This document shows positions 48,763 to 62,996 of a stretch of DNA of 64,000 nt, one piece after another. The stretch is from the NCBI GenBank assembly GCA_965637545.1, contig OZ281496.1:4464001-4528000 (forward strand), given 5' to 3'. Numbering within the stretch: the first letter of the stretch is position 1; every line of letters starts with the position of its first letter. A program made the translations under genes and the position numbers. The DNA comes from Phallusia mammillata (lineage: Eukaryota). A model generated the notes under the pieces. The model had not been told where the DNA came from, did not search any database, and was given only the letters and a program-made list of their open reading frames with translations.

Positions 48763-50309
48763 AATAACAACATCAACAATTTCATCTTTAAACTGCCCAT
48801 CTTCAGTAGCCTTTGCACTTCTTGTATATGACTCAATGGCATATGCATTTGCTCTTGACGAGATATTGAATGTTTTTTGCAGTATTCTATCCACATATAC
48901 CCATGTGAAATTTCCCGTAAGCATCAGTCAAGCCATCATGAACAATAAGGTCGATCATTTTTACGCCGCCATACGCTGGTGGCAGTCGTGGCATCACAAA
49001 TGGAGCATTTGACATGCTTTCCATGCCACCCGCCACCATGACGTCTTGGTGTCCACACTTGATTGATTGCGACGCTAATTAATTTCATTCCAGATGCACA
49101 GACTTTGTTGATTGTTGAACACGGAGTGCTTGTTTTTGATCCTGCACCTAAAGACAAATATGAATCAACATGGATAAAAAATTCCGTAGAAACAAAGGTT
49201 GATAAATTACCAAACATAAAAACTTAAAGCTCAACCATTCTTGTTTTTGCTCAGCCAAGATTCATTGCATAATAAGTACAAATGAAAAGTAAATGTAGAA
49301 AATATTTACAACCTGAAAGCAATGCCATTTTGAACATGGCAATTTTAAATTTGTATATCCCACCCTTATGTCTGCAAAATACTTTGCAATGGCTGTATAA
49401 AATATTACTGCTGGATAATACAATATTATCCTAATCAGGTAGAATATTGCTTTAACATGTTTTGATCATCCAAGTGGGCTTGCAAATTAATCTTTTTAGT
49501 GCAATAATATTTATAATACTAGAAATTTATTTAATTCAGATTCGTCTGGGCTAAAACATTTTCTTCTGTTTTTTTTTACCAAAATATACAGCAAATGCAG
49601 GTTTAAAAATAACCGCTGACATGTGGCACAGCTGTAGATGCAGAAGGAAACATTTCAATACGTTATATGGCAGTGCGCTCACCTTAAAAGAGCAAAACAA
49701 AAAGGGCAATTTATTCGATTCTTTGCGGGTTCAAGTGCAACATAATAAAAGATGTTGCTACAAACTCTTGATCGCACTTTTGCCTCAAGCAGTTTAAACA
49801 AGCCTGGATGACTATACAAATTTACAAAAGACTTTGTATGTTTGCGTACCTATTTAACCCAAAATGACACATGATAAACGTTGTACGGAAGGAATATTAT
49901 GCGGTTAAACATCACCCGAAAGTACAGATGACCAGACATACATGCAAATGATCTACAGCAAATAAAAAATGTTCGATGACAAAATTGAAAACAAAAATAG
50001 CATTTATTTGTGTAAAAATAAATATTGCCTCAGGTTTTTGATAGCAAGTCACGCGATACAGTGCACAATGATGCATTTGTTCTTCAGATTGCATTAAAAG
50101 AAGAAATGCTGGATATTGTTTAAAAAAGTTAAAAAAGAAATATTGCAAACCATTTCATTAGTATTCTTTGATCAAATTTAATTGTAGGATCCGGTCTTTC
50201 TAACATAACAACTTAGTGTATATGGTTGTTTGAAATGAACAAAACTTAAAAAAGTTAGATTTTTTAAATATTAAGCTATGTTTTGTTTGAATGCAATACA
50301 GCAAGCATT

Positions 50310-50549
50310 AGTTGTTTGAGTGTCGTTTTGTTGTGGTTGTAACTGGTTGAACTGGTTTCGACCCTCATCACCATCTATACGTGTTGGTTGTTCTGCTCAT
50401 ATTATGGTCGAAATTGGAGAACGCATTTCGGGCTATAAATAGTTTAACATAACAATGATGTTCACTCAAATACACAGACAATATTCATGTGAATTCTTCC
50501 TACCATTTTTTTGACTGTCGAATTTATTATGATATCCTTGATGTCTCAT
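50310..50549 (-). pseudogene. RIAFD-family copy 5, frameshifted, opposite strand
   Basis: Exons 50549-50504 (g|gtagg) and from 50432. MRHQGYHNKFDSQKNARNAFSNFDHNM, then in a shifted frame AEQPTRIDGDEGRNQFNQLQPQQN, matching copy 3. Confidence 0.65.
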
Positions 50550-53500
50550 CTCAAAGAAACCCTATAAAAGGTAACGCAAGCTGAAAACGACAATATTAAA
50601 GCTATATGAGGCAAACAATTACTCTCACAATCAATCAAAGTTTACCGTGTGACGAACTGTTTCCTATATTCGAAGTATACTAAACAAAAAAAATACGTGT
50701 TAAATGCGGCTAGGTGAAAACCAGTTTTTTCCTAACTTGTTTTTAGTTTGGTTAAGTAAAAACACAACCAGTGATTTAATACTGAAAACACATTTATGTT
50801 TCTGCTAAACTATTGCTCAGATAGAGTGTCACTGTTTTTCGTGTTGTCTTTTTTCTATTCTTTCTTTTAGTATATCCCCCTGTGTCAAGCTATGCATAGA
50901 TATGTTGTTCACAAGTCAATTAAAACGCATTTTAAAACTTACGTTGGTGGCGGTTTATTACACTCTTGATTTCTTGGCAAACATAGTAAAGCACATGCAC
51001 CCATATTGTTCTCTAATAAAATGAAAATACAGCTGCAATGCAAAATATAAACCAGAACCTGTCAACTATGTCTGATATAAAGAGAAAACACACAAGCAAT
51101 CGCAAGATAGTCTCAGTTTACATTAGAAAGAATACTCGGTAGGGACATAAATCAAAACAACAAATCGAAACACAACAACACCTGTACCTTGGGCAATGTT
51201 ACGTCACAGAAAAGCGGAAACGCAATTGTGCGTCATACAATATGACATCAGCATACCAATACGGTTCAAGTCATCTGGGTTGCAACAGCGTAGGTTTGTA
51301 AAATGTACATTTCCGCTAAATTAAAAGAAAAGGATTTGCCAAAAACGCACCTTGAAAACATTAATCCGCTGAACATGTTAAATTCCGACAATATCCGGTT
51401 TAAAATAAGCATAAACCTAATCAGCGTTAAGTCCGAGTCTAAACAGACAAAATCGTGTTTTACGAGATATTGCTGCTAGGCATGGTATCAAGTTTATATA
51501 GCTCTTCTGCTCTGTAAACTTGAATGGCATTCAATGTTATTTACCCTGATGAAGACGACCTATATAAGACGTCAAAACGTCGGAATAAAAATACATTTGC
51601 CAGACGAGCTCTATAAACATAAAATCGTGTTTTTTATTGTGTTAAACATCCACTATAAAAATGTATTTATATTAATGTGTAAATAAAAAGATTTATGGAC
51701 GTGTAAATGTGTAAAAAAGTGAAAGCAGTCACATCATGCGTATAATGCTACATACAAAATATTTTAAGCTTATTTCTATGTTATTTAAGAAGATAAATAA
51801 ATTTCAAAACATGAAACGAGTCTCTTAATAATAACTTAAAAACTAAATATCGCAAGCAAAATTTTGTTGTATAAAATTCGCCTGTTACCCAATTAATAAT
51901 CAATAATATGGTTATGTATAAATTTTTAAACATTTGTGACACGTGTGAGTAAAAGTAATATTATAACTTATTTGCTTGTTAAAGGTGATTGATATTTACT
52001 TCTTTTCATAACACTGAACACCTTTTTAAACAATTTGACATCAACTTAGTTAACTGCGAAGCCAAGATTGAAAGTTTTAATGGTTCTTTGATCTGTTAAT
52101 TAAAGCATAGACATACACAAACTTGAAAGAAGAAAAATAAGCTGATCATAATCTTGAAGTTAATGTCTTTTTATTCACCCTAAGCAATTATATGCAAACA
52201 AATTTAGAGTGGAATTTTCGACTCCAATTAACGATGACTAATGATATTTTCGAATAATGCGCAATATTGCCAAAATATCATATAAAAAAGAATTGAATTT
52301 TTACTGCTAATGCATTTAATCGTCTGCTTGACAATTTGTATTAAACTCAAGGCTTATGATACGGATAATTCCGTTAGTTTCGCTAACCAATGTGAATATA
52401 TGTCAAAATATTTGTGACGTACCTTTCTACGCGATGTATTTTTTTCGCAGAAATACGATACCACACTGAGTGAAGCCTTTTGTCCTAGCATCGCGCTTTG
52501 AACAGCTGTTGTAGTGTACAGAAGTAGTTGTAAGTCTGGGTGCTGTTTAAACTCAGAATTTATAACAGCACCAACACTGTTTGCATATGCGATCAACTAT
52601 TTATCTGCTGGATAGGAACGATTGCCAGAAACGAGAAAGTTATGAATAAATATGCAGAATTACACAAACTTTGTTTAAGTATGCTTTACAACATGTCAGG
52701 CAGTTTTAACAAATCATTAAATTTGATTGTTTTGTAGGCTCTAACAGCTGTGTTCACGTAAATGCCAGAAAAGCAAAAATAAAAATAAAACATACTTTTA
52801 TTACCTCTCATACCTCTCAGGCCTGCTTTTTTACCAGGTACAGCTGCTGCGTTTTTTACCGCTGCCCTCCACCTGTTAGTATCATTTTAGCGTATTTTCA
52901 ACCGCTAGGTTTTCGCAGCTGTGTCCTGTGTTTGTCGCGCCATTGTATCGTCATAATTTACTATGCTTGTCGCGTTCAAGTGCACGAGAACAAAGTAAAA
53001 TACGATACGATACGATTTCTAGCGTTCATGTTAAATATCGATCGGTGCTCATATTGTGCGCCTCGCTTTTAAAAACTTCACCGAAACAAGCCGGCCTCCA
53101 AAAAATTTCCTTACGGCTGGACGTAAGCCGAAACAAGCTGTGGGATTCGAACCCACTATACGAGCTATTGGATCTCGCTATACAGACCTAGTGGTGAGCC
53201 CGTCGAAAGTCGAAATGTAAGCACTGTTGGCTGCCTCGTATTCTGTACATTTTAGTTTCGTGATAGCTAGTTTGTAATTGGTTACATTTTAGTTTAAAGG
53301 ATTGGTAGTTCGGTAATTGGTTTCGTAAGATGAACATACATTTATTTAATGGTAAACGCACTTAACTGCAATGTGATTGTTGCCTGTATTTTTCACGTTT
53401 AAACGTTGATAACATACACGAAATATACGTAGATGCATGTTTGCATTTTACACCAAAAATCAATTTAATGACGTTTAATATACGTTGATAGTGTACGCGA

Positions 53501-53734
53501 AAAAGACGTAGATGCAAGTTTGTATTCTGCAGCAAATAACGCATCTAATTTCAACGTTGAAAAATCACACGTCTCGACCAAAAACGTATATTGGATAGGA
53601 CAATTCGTATTCTTAATGAACAGCTCAGCACTTGCGATATCTTGTATGTAACAAACACTATCTATTACTCGAAATCGTTTGGCAATTACCTTCAGGCTTG
53701 CAAAACTATCGTGTAATTTACATCTATCTCTAGA

Positions 53735-54992
53735 CCAGGGGTCACCAACATTTTGAAAGACGAGGGCTACCTAAAGATAACCAAATGACTCGAGGGCTAC
53801 CAGTTCAAACGTAAGTATAAACGTGTTGAGGCAATGTGTTTATATGAATAGTTTTGTGTCATTGTCAAAGTGACATAGTTCAAATTAACATGTCATGATT
53901 TTCATTCAAACAAAAACTGAGCCTAGTCTCTTTTACAATTTCTGCTTGTATTTTTTGTGCCATTTCTTGAGTAATGTAGTAAAACTACATATTGTTCAAT
54001 ATCGTCACTGTGTTTTGTGCTGCACCCTTTCTTCCGGCGCCTGAAACTATTCAACTGGGTTTCTTTGGGTGGTTTCTTTTTCTGTTGAACACCACCCTCT
54101 TTCCCTAACACTGGTGGTTAGCTTCTAGTTTTCAACTTGACTGGTTCCACCAACGTTGCCCCCAGTCTTGATGTCCCAATGCGCCAACCTCACCCTCCAA
54201 TCTAAGCGCGTCTATCATCCCTCGACCAATTGTACACTTTTTAACGTCTGAACGTTACGCAGCTATTTCCGGTGAATATTTTAGCGCAATTGTGCTGCTA
54301 CGATTTTGGCCGAAGAAAAAAATCAACTCAACTCAAAACATTATTACTATTACTACTAAAAATGCATCTGTTTACGGGGTCCTGGACAGTACTACACTAG
54401 GTCGCGACGAAAAAGGTTGGTCGCTGGTTGGTTTCGTTGGGTTGCCGTTATTTCGACAACTCAGTACACTAATTTATGGGATATTTCGAATTCAAAAAAA
54501 GTATTGTAAAAAAACAGTCACCGCAGCTTTGCCATCTTTTTCTGCTTAATAATTGTGTCGTTTCAAAATGCACTGCTGTCAAACTCGTTTTAGTAATTCA
54601 CTCTTTGATTTGATGGATGGTATCACATTTAGTCACTTGTCCGACATCTACACTTGCTTCCTAGTCAAACTCAACCTTTAATTTTAAATGCTTTGAGGGA
54701 CAAACAAAAACTGATAGAGGGTCGCATATGGCCCGTGTGTTGGAGACCCCTGGTCCACAACATTTTAGCGTACGGCATTCCGGGTACCACTTTGTTTACT
54801 AACTGTCATTTATTATAGCGCGTATGACGTAACAGTCGAATGTCATGATTGTTACCTAATGCTTGGTTAAGTATTAAGTGCCAATGGCTAGATAACGTCT
54901 TGTACCACGCGTATCATTTTGTGTAAACTAGAGGCACAACCGGGTCTTTTAAGAATTAGTCTAGCGGGCATAGGTTTGGTGACCCCCAGACA
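53735..54992. mobile_element. Nested hAT/MER1-like MITE ends
   Basis: caggggtcaccaac (about 53737), gttggagacccctg (about 54740) and tttggtgacccc (about 54980). Confidence 0.4.
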
Positions 54993-55369
54993 AACATTAA
55001 ATTAATTACCATAGATGAGATTCAAAGGTCAATATAACCTCGCTCAATACAGGCTACCACGCGAAAATAATTGAAAATGTTATTTCCTGATTCATTACAT
55101 AACACAAAGGACACAGTTTTGACCATATGTGATTATATTGTACATAACAGTTAAACAGAAACACAACAATACTTTCACAAAGTAATTTCATGTCAGCTAT
55201 GAATGAAGCATGTAATAAGTGAAATGATGCATGGTATTTATTTGATGACAAAATTAAGAAACAGCTTGATGAAAAACAGCTTTAATTTGTTAATTGTTTT
55301 TATCTTCAAACCTAAATAGTTTTTGCATACACACAAACAATGCCATGATAAGAATAATAAAAAGTTCAT

Positions 55370-58300
55370 CTACTGGCGAATCCGTCTCGCATTGCGATCG
55401 TGGGTCACTTTGCCCCATACGATATAACCAGCTCCGATAATAATTACAGCCAGAAGAACAAACATCACAAGTTGGTAGCTGTTGCCGGCTCCTTCAATAG
55501 CTTCGCTTCTTTCTCCTGTTGTATATGAGATAAAATGTCATGCTTAACAAAAATAGACAAAAATAGGTAAATAGATGCTTATTTATTGATGTAGTCAGCA
55601 CTAAAACGGGCATGTGCTGGTTATAATCATAAAATTCACAGTGTACGTCAAGATTGCAAGTGGCCACCGAATCAGTCTGGTTGTTAAAGCAACGGATACA
55701 AGAAAAAGAAAATTAGAGATGGGATTCGAACCCAAGGAATATGTTTTTAGGTAATTGTTTTTTTTTATGAACCTTTTATATGTTCTCTAATGCAAGTCAA
55801 AGTCTGTTTTTAAACAAGTCATGGAAATTTAATAAAAGGTGCGATTGTTACCGGTCAAGTTAATCACATATACATCTACGTAAGTAACCACCAAGACACA
55901 GTATATAAAATCGAGAAAAAAGCTTAAGTTATTATGACCCCAAGTTGTGAAAACTTAAGTTATTATGCCCCAAGAGGTGTGACTTGCTGGCTAGAACTAC
56001 AAATTTCCTTAGCAAAAGCACGTGTATCAGCAATATTATCTAGAATAGAGATTAATTTTTTCTTATTGTTCTACCAAGCAGGAAAGCGGTATCTTGAACG
56101 ATGTGCACTGGCCCTGCAGAAAGCCGTTGATTGCGACCATTGTCTTCAACAGATCGCCGTTTCTTACCAGAACAGGACTGCAAAAACAATTTTACTAATA
56201 TTACTATTTAACGGCAATCCATTCCTATTAAGGCGTCATACCGAATCAAGGCGATCACGGCACACATATATATAAACCATAGTGCGTCAGGCCGATTAAA
56301 GGGCGGTCTCCCAAGCATTGCTACACTGCACGGCGTATTTTCCGTGCTATTACTCTATCAGCTGAACCAAACAAGAGGGTTTAAATACTCTTTAGTTTGT
56401 GTGTATGCTACGGACAGTAAACATCGTTATTTTCCATGAGGTTCGGACCCAAGACGGGGGGATAGGTGCCGAATCCCGATGAAGTTTTTGTAGGTCTTGA
56501 TGTAGGTCTGGCGCGCCGGACCATTCGGCCATTGTACTGGTTTGCCATATAAAATCGCATGAGTGCAGCTTGTGACAGGAAGTATACCGTACTGACAAGC
56601 GAACCTAGGACACTCCAGTTTGTTGTGTGCAACAGACTATTAGCCGCGCCTCACTAAAACTTTTCAATGAACGCCAAGAAAAAATCTTTAGTTTATCTAG
56701 ACACATACTGTTTCGAGTTTTTGTGAGCAATACTCCGCAATTGTGTTCAGATAAAACAAATATCCTCGATCTTTCTATAGTTTTCGACGAACACTACTTT
56801 TATATATATATATATCACAAGTCCAAAATGCACTTAATTCAACTCACCTGTCCAGGGCATTGTCCAGTTGAATTTTGACAGACGGTCACGTCGCAGTGGA
56901 TGTAGATAAATTGATCTGCGTCGGTAAAGTTTGTCCACACAAAGCTCATCACCTTGAAAGTTGCAAAGTTGGATCGGTAATTGCGCATCATCATCTTTGC
57001 GTCGGCAGTCTCGCCCCCACTGGGTGGCGCAACGCACCTAATAATTTCAATGCTAAGTTACACAGAGTGAAATTGCGCAGGAACTTGGCCGAATGGTCCA
57101 GCTCGCCTGACCCATTTACAGCCATAAAAAGGCAGAGTGAAATTCAGATGGAAAATTAATTACTGAACAAACAAGCTCCCGATTAAGAAAATAATATGTT
57201 GAGGTAATGCAACTATATCTTACCCGCTTTGTACAATTTGGTAACTAGGCAAACTATCGGAGTTTTCATTGCGTGTCGCCCAACAGGCTTCCAGCTGTGC
57301 AAAAAGATGTTCCACTTTAAGAGTATAAATTACAAATTAGACCAAAGATGCCAGAATAGTGAAGATTAAATCAAAGAATGCAATGTTTTCTTGCACTAAA
57401 AGCTGTTTGTTTTCATCACCTGGACAATAAAGTCATTGTTGTTTGTAGAAATCTCATCAAGTTTAAGTTTAGCAAAAATGTAGTTAGGTACAGTTACTTC
57501 TCTGGGCAAGCTTTCGGTATATAATTTGTTGCTAAAGAGATTTAGGGCAACATCCAAAGTTCCTGTTTTCTTCGCCGAAATTTCTTCAGATCTACAATAT
57601 TTAAAAATTTTCGGAAATAAAAATGGCAATCAATATGACAAATAGCTTACTATCTTTAACGCCCTGGTGTGTACGCGAGATTATCAAATACAAATTAACG
57701 CACTACATTAAAACCGTGCATTTTGTTGAGCAGCATTGGTAAATACACTCTCCACAATATTATGGCCTTGTCTAAATAGAATTGTGCAATTTTAAACGGT
57801 TGGATAAATTGCCACCTGAAATGGCTACAATTAAGGTACCGGACAACAACCGAATCATGCAAGGAGAAATAAACTGTGCTGCGTGTGATACACAGTGCGG
57901 CAAGTGCTGTTGAGTGTCTTGTGTCATCATGATGTATAATTATGCCTTATTTTTTGTCAAATGTGTCATGCATGCCAGGTGTCTTGTGCCATGGGCAGAT
58001 TGATGAGTTCTGTGTCGTGTGGAATGTGTACAGCTGTATGTCATTCATGGTGTGGTTGGTTGGATGTTTTGTGACATGTGCAACATTTCTTTTTCCGTTC
58101 GTCAAATTGTTTTAAAGTGATGTCAACCAAAGACTGTGTAACGTATTATCACGCCTACTGTGTGTTTTGTACATGTTGTCTTGTACCGAGTGCCACAGCT
58201 GTTATATCATTCATAGTACCCCGGGCCTATTCGAATCAGTTGGTATCCCAAGCATTCCCACAAGGCAAACCTCAGGTTAGAAAAATATAGCCTGCGGTGG

Positions 58301-61300
58301 GATTCGAACCAACGATAGGAGTCTTTTCTGTACTCGCGCTCCACCAACTAAGCTACACAGGCTCAGTGGAGAAATCGCCAAAAGTCGAATCACAAGCACC
58401 ATGCCTTGTATGCTGCACATGTCAGTTTCGTAGTAGGGGATCACCAGTTCGACCGTATCAGATAAGATGAACATATTCATACGGGGATCAGCCCTGAAGC
58501 GTCGATGCAGACCAGCGATCACGACATACATATCGATAAATCATAGTACCTCAGGCCTATTAACGGCGTGTACCGAAACAGACGGGCACCAAGCATTCAC
58601 ATCGATATGGCAAGGCGTCAGCTAGAAAAAGCTAGCATTCGATGGGATTCGAACCCACGACAGGAGTCTTTCGTCTCTTTACCCGATTTGTGTATAAATT
58701 TTGGATGACGAGATAAGAACTTCCGCGTCAAATAGACAAGTCACATTGAGCTTGTTTTGAACGTCGCGTTGGATCACGGCAAGGGATGGAGCTAGGAATC
58801 TCCAGATCAGGAAAGACACCGACACCGTACCGTTTTCATTCTGTACAAGAGCAGGAAAATTACATTATATTTCAAAATAGGCGGCATTTCATTATGCAGC
58901 AAAACAAAGATTAAACACTTTATTATTATCCATAACTATACAATGTTTATTGGTTCTAATAGCTAATGTTTTCTAAAATATAATAAGGACATATTGTCTA
59001 TGTATAAATGAGTATTGCTTATCCAGCAGTTTTATTGTAAACAATCAGTTTTATTGTATTGTCTATGTGTTCAGAACAAAAATCCAATTTTACCTTAAAA
59101 ACACCTTTGCATTGGTCAATGTCAAACGTAAACACTGGGTCTGACCCCGTGACCTTGCAGCTGTTATTGAGTTGAGAAAGGCGGGTTTCCCGGTCTAATG
59201 CCATGTAAAGTGTTTCGCCAAATTCGTAATCTAATGTGTTCTGTTGATCAGCTGTTACTCTGCGAATATTGGACTGTTAAGTTTTTGTACATTATAAAAG
59301 TCTAGACAACTTCCAAACATTTATACTATGTTTGCACTAAATTTTCCAAACATTTATACTATGTTGCTCTATTTATCGCGAAAACCGATTAGAACACCCA
59401 TTGCAAACTGATAAGTAAAATGTCTGAATCAATAAAAAACTAAAAACAAGAGATTACAAGCCTATGGCAAAAACAGGCAGCGCACCAAAATCCTTGAAAT
59501 ACTATATTTTTTTAATAATCTTCTAGTTATTACAGACTTTCAACAATTAGCAATAATTTTCAAAAAGAATCAAAAAGAAAATATTAACCTACCTGATGGT
59601 CAAATTTTCAGTCCTACATTCAACAGATGGTTGTATTCCTATACAAAAAGCATTTTTCAACCGTGATATTAAGGTCCGAGCACTATTCTGCTTTTTATGG
59701 ATTAAAATTTACTTCTACATATTAAATTTGTTATTTCATTGCTTTTATTAAATTTGTTATTTCAAACATTTCATTGCTTTTATATTGTGACAATAATTTA
59801 ATGGATTTTATTTAGTATTTTTATTATATAAAATGTTTCAGCTTGGCATCAGCAAACTAACAAAACGATATAAGTTGGTAAGACCAAACCAAAAATAAGA
59901 ACTTGATGTCAAAACAACCCGTCTTGAACTCAAATTTTTTAGTGCTATGTTATTGACAAAACAAATATTGAAATTACATTTTCAGACCACCCTTAACCTA
60001 TAACTCATGCTGGCTGAGTTCGAGTGTGTTTTTATCATTTGCATGTCAGAATTTTGTGCCCGAAAGCAGATTTGCCTCACCTACTGTCGCATTAAATCCT
60101 GGGTATTGCGTGTCACCGTCGCTCACAAACAAGACAGTGAGATATGTTGCTGTCACCGTCAAACGACCCAAGCGACCCAACAAATTTGTCCACATTACCT
60201 TCTTCGTTCTTGAACTGAAAACAATAAAGTATTTTTTATTTTCAGTATGTTTAGAAATGCTAACATTTAGCCGCAGGGGGCACACTTGTTGTCCTAAAAA
60301 CGGTCGCATACCTCCTTAAGGCCGCAAGTTTCTCATGATTAAATTAGGCGCTTGTCAAAAATATTATTTCTACCACCTTAAGCAAAGTTATTGCTTTTTC
60401 AATATTAGAAGCAAACTTTTCCCCACTGGAAAATCAGTTTATAATAAATATGTTACTCAAAAATTCATTAAAAACAAACAAACTTAAACATGTATTAATT
60501 TCAAGCGTATTGCGGAAAATTTCGTAAAAATAACATACCGTTTCCATTCGATTATTTGCGTCGACAATATCTCCCGGAATTTTAGGTGTATATTAGTTAA
60601 GACACTTACGTATAGAATGTCGTAGTTTAGCTCAGTGTTAAAAATGGAGAATTGGAACTCTAAGGTTGTGCTGCTATTCATTTGAAATCTCCAAACACAA
60701 CCAGCATAGTTTGGGTAGTTACTAGGAAACATTGGAGAGAGTAGATTGTACGGTATATCAGCAACATCTTCCCCGCACGAAGTAACTAAAAACCCCACAA
60801 AACCCCACACAATAGTTAGCTTGAGGCAGTGCAGCTAGTAAAAATAGTTCCAAAAAGTTGTTTTGACCATCGAGTTGTCAATTTTGTGTGGCTTATATCT
60901 AGTTGTCGATCCGATAACCAGTGGAATATCACCACTGTTTAAGAAGTGCTTATAAACTACGCTTTTATTGTACATCAAACAATTGTTTGCAAATTATACT
61001 TTTATTCAATTAGTTGTTTCTTTTGTTTGCAAAATAATAGATTTGACATCATTTTGTTGATACCGAACCGAAAACATGTTTCATCCGCATGCTTTAAGTT
61101 TCGGTTATAAAGGAATCGTAAACCTGACTTACATGAACTTATGCGAAACGACACAGATTCCGTTGTGAGGTTTGTGACACAAGATATATAAGCAGATGAG
61201 CTTTCAACGATAACCGGAAAAGATAAGCTTCCACCTTCCAACGTTCCAGCCAATTTACCTTGGTCGTCGGATCCCTCGTAAATCTAGATTTTTCTATTTA

Positions 61301-62996
61301 CGGTTAGCGCATAAGGTTAGGAACAGGAATTTTAAAAATGTGAGAAATGAGATTCGAACCTACGAGGAAAAAAACGGACGAATTTCTAAAAAAAACTTTT
61401 TAGACAAAGTTTGTAGAGTTTTACGTTACAAAAGTTGTTTGCAGCAAGCTGCCCCGAACGGAAATGGGCAATCAACCGAGAGGAAACTCCAGTTGAAACA
61501 AATCGTCTGGCCCATGTGTTACAGTTACGGGAAATTGCTGTATCATGTGAGGTACCGGTTACATTCTGCACACATAGTGTGTCTGAAACTAAATGATACG
61601 AGCACCATTTAAAAAGTAAAATAATATAACAAGCTTATGCTCCCATACATCCTGTACCAGCGTTGCCACGATGGCGCATTTTCGCCCAATTTGTTTGTTT
61701 AAGCCAACATGTTCCAAAGTGTTCAATTTATGACAATATATGTTGTAATGTTCGAAAATATAACGCAAAATCTCTCATTGTGCCGACGTATTGTTATAAC
61801 TTATGACATAAAGGATTTATGGAATGCTACTTGGTTGGTGTACAACTAAAAAACATAAAAAATAAAAGAGGTGCAAATATGGATATTGACACTCTGTTTT
61901 TTTACGCCAGGAAACAGTTTCAGCTGCAAGAAAGCGCTATTATAAGATATCATCTAAACATCAGTTTACTTTCTTAAAAATGATTAAAAATAAACGAAAA
62001 TCTATATTAAGTTGAAAACGATACATATACTGGCCACAACTAATATATTTTTTTGATATAAACGTATTAGCAAAGAAAGCAGCTCGCCTAAAATAGGAAA
62101 TATATTTTAAAAAACTATCAAACTATATCTAATAAATGTGGCGTCTAAATTTTTATGCTACTGTTACGCGAAAAATTAAATAAAATAATTTTGTGGAGCG
62201 ATTTGGTCTGGACCCTAAAGGTATAATGCAATCTCATTTAGTTTAAATAGTGCTTCTGTGAGAGATTAAACTTTTTGGAATACTGAAGAGTCTGCTCTGC
62301 TTGCATTATTCATTTATTGCATCACAATCAACAAAGAAAAGGCTTTTATTCGCGCACAATAGCAAAGTCATTGATCGTTTTAGTCTTGTGATGTAACAAA
62401 CGGCCTTTGGATTTGTATGTGTCTTGTAAACCTTAGTGAAATCAATCTTACTTGTTGCTGTAGAAAATTTTTAGTAAAGCAACTTTCAACGGTTAATTCA
62501 AAGCCGGATTCGACCCTCGAGCCCGAGTTTGCTTCTTTCAAGCTTACATAATTTCCCTCCGAAAACAATAAATTTCCCACTAGTGGGAAATTCCCCACTG
62601 GTTAAGAACCACTGGTCTAAACAGCTAGATACTAGAACAGTGATTTCCAACATTTTATATCGCTTTCTTTTTATATCACTTTAAGTCACCCTCACGACCC
62701 GTAGCCCCCCTTTAAGTAACCATCAAAATACGTAGTCCCATTTTTGTAACATTAGGATCTGTGATAAATACAACATAATCTCAATGTCTTTTGGATGATG
62801 TTTCTAGTGAGCCTACACCCGTGGTCCCCCAGAAAACAGCAGCATAAAGTTTAATTTTATCGTACCTCCACAATTTGATTTATCATGTATACCACTTAAG
62901 TTGAAATCAGAACAAAAATCACAAAAGTCACTAACCTCGGTGCAGCATACTCAGCGTGCTGACAAAAAGCGCCGCTTTTAATAGTCGACTTGACAT
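55370..62996 (-). pseudogene. CUB-ZP paralogue copy D with a 5-nt frameshift deletion in exon 5
   Basis: Exons 62996-62936, 61588-61425, 61283-61133, 60785-60610, 60214-60081 (134 nt versus 139 nt in copy A), 59638-59593, 59259-59094, 58840-58683, 57591-57420, 57294-57224, 57037-56848, 56177-56075, 55515-55370. All others are open with canonical splice sites. Confidence 0.85.
58213..58672 (-). repeat. About 1.3 tandem units of the 355-bp tRNA-like repeat, in a different register
   Basis: Reverse complement of the 16.8-kb unit. Full tRNA-like segment about 58288-58362 plus the 3' half of a second one at 58635-58672. Absent from the paralogous intron of copy A. Confidence 0.85.

Noticed and set aside
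53923-54111. Lys/Arg-rich 62-aa ORF
   Set aside because: Non-ATG start, lies inside MITE-like debris, and has no domain evidence.
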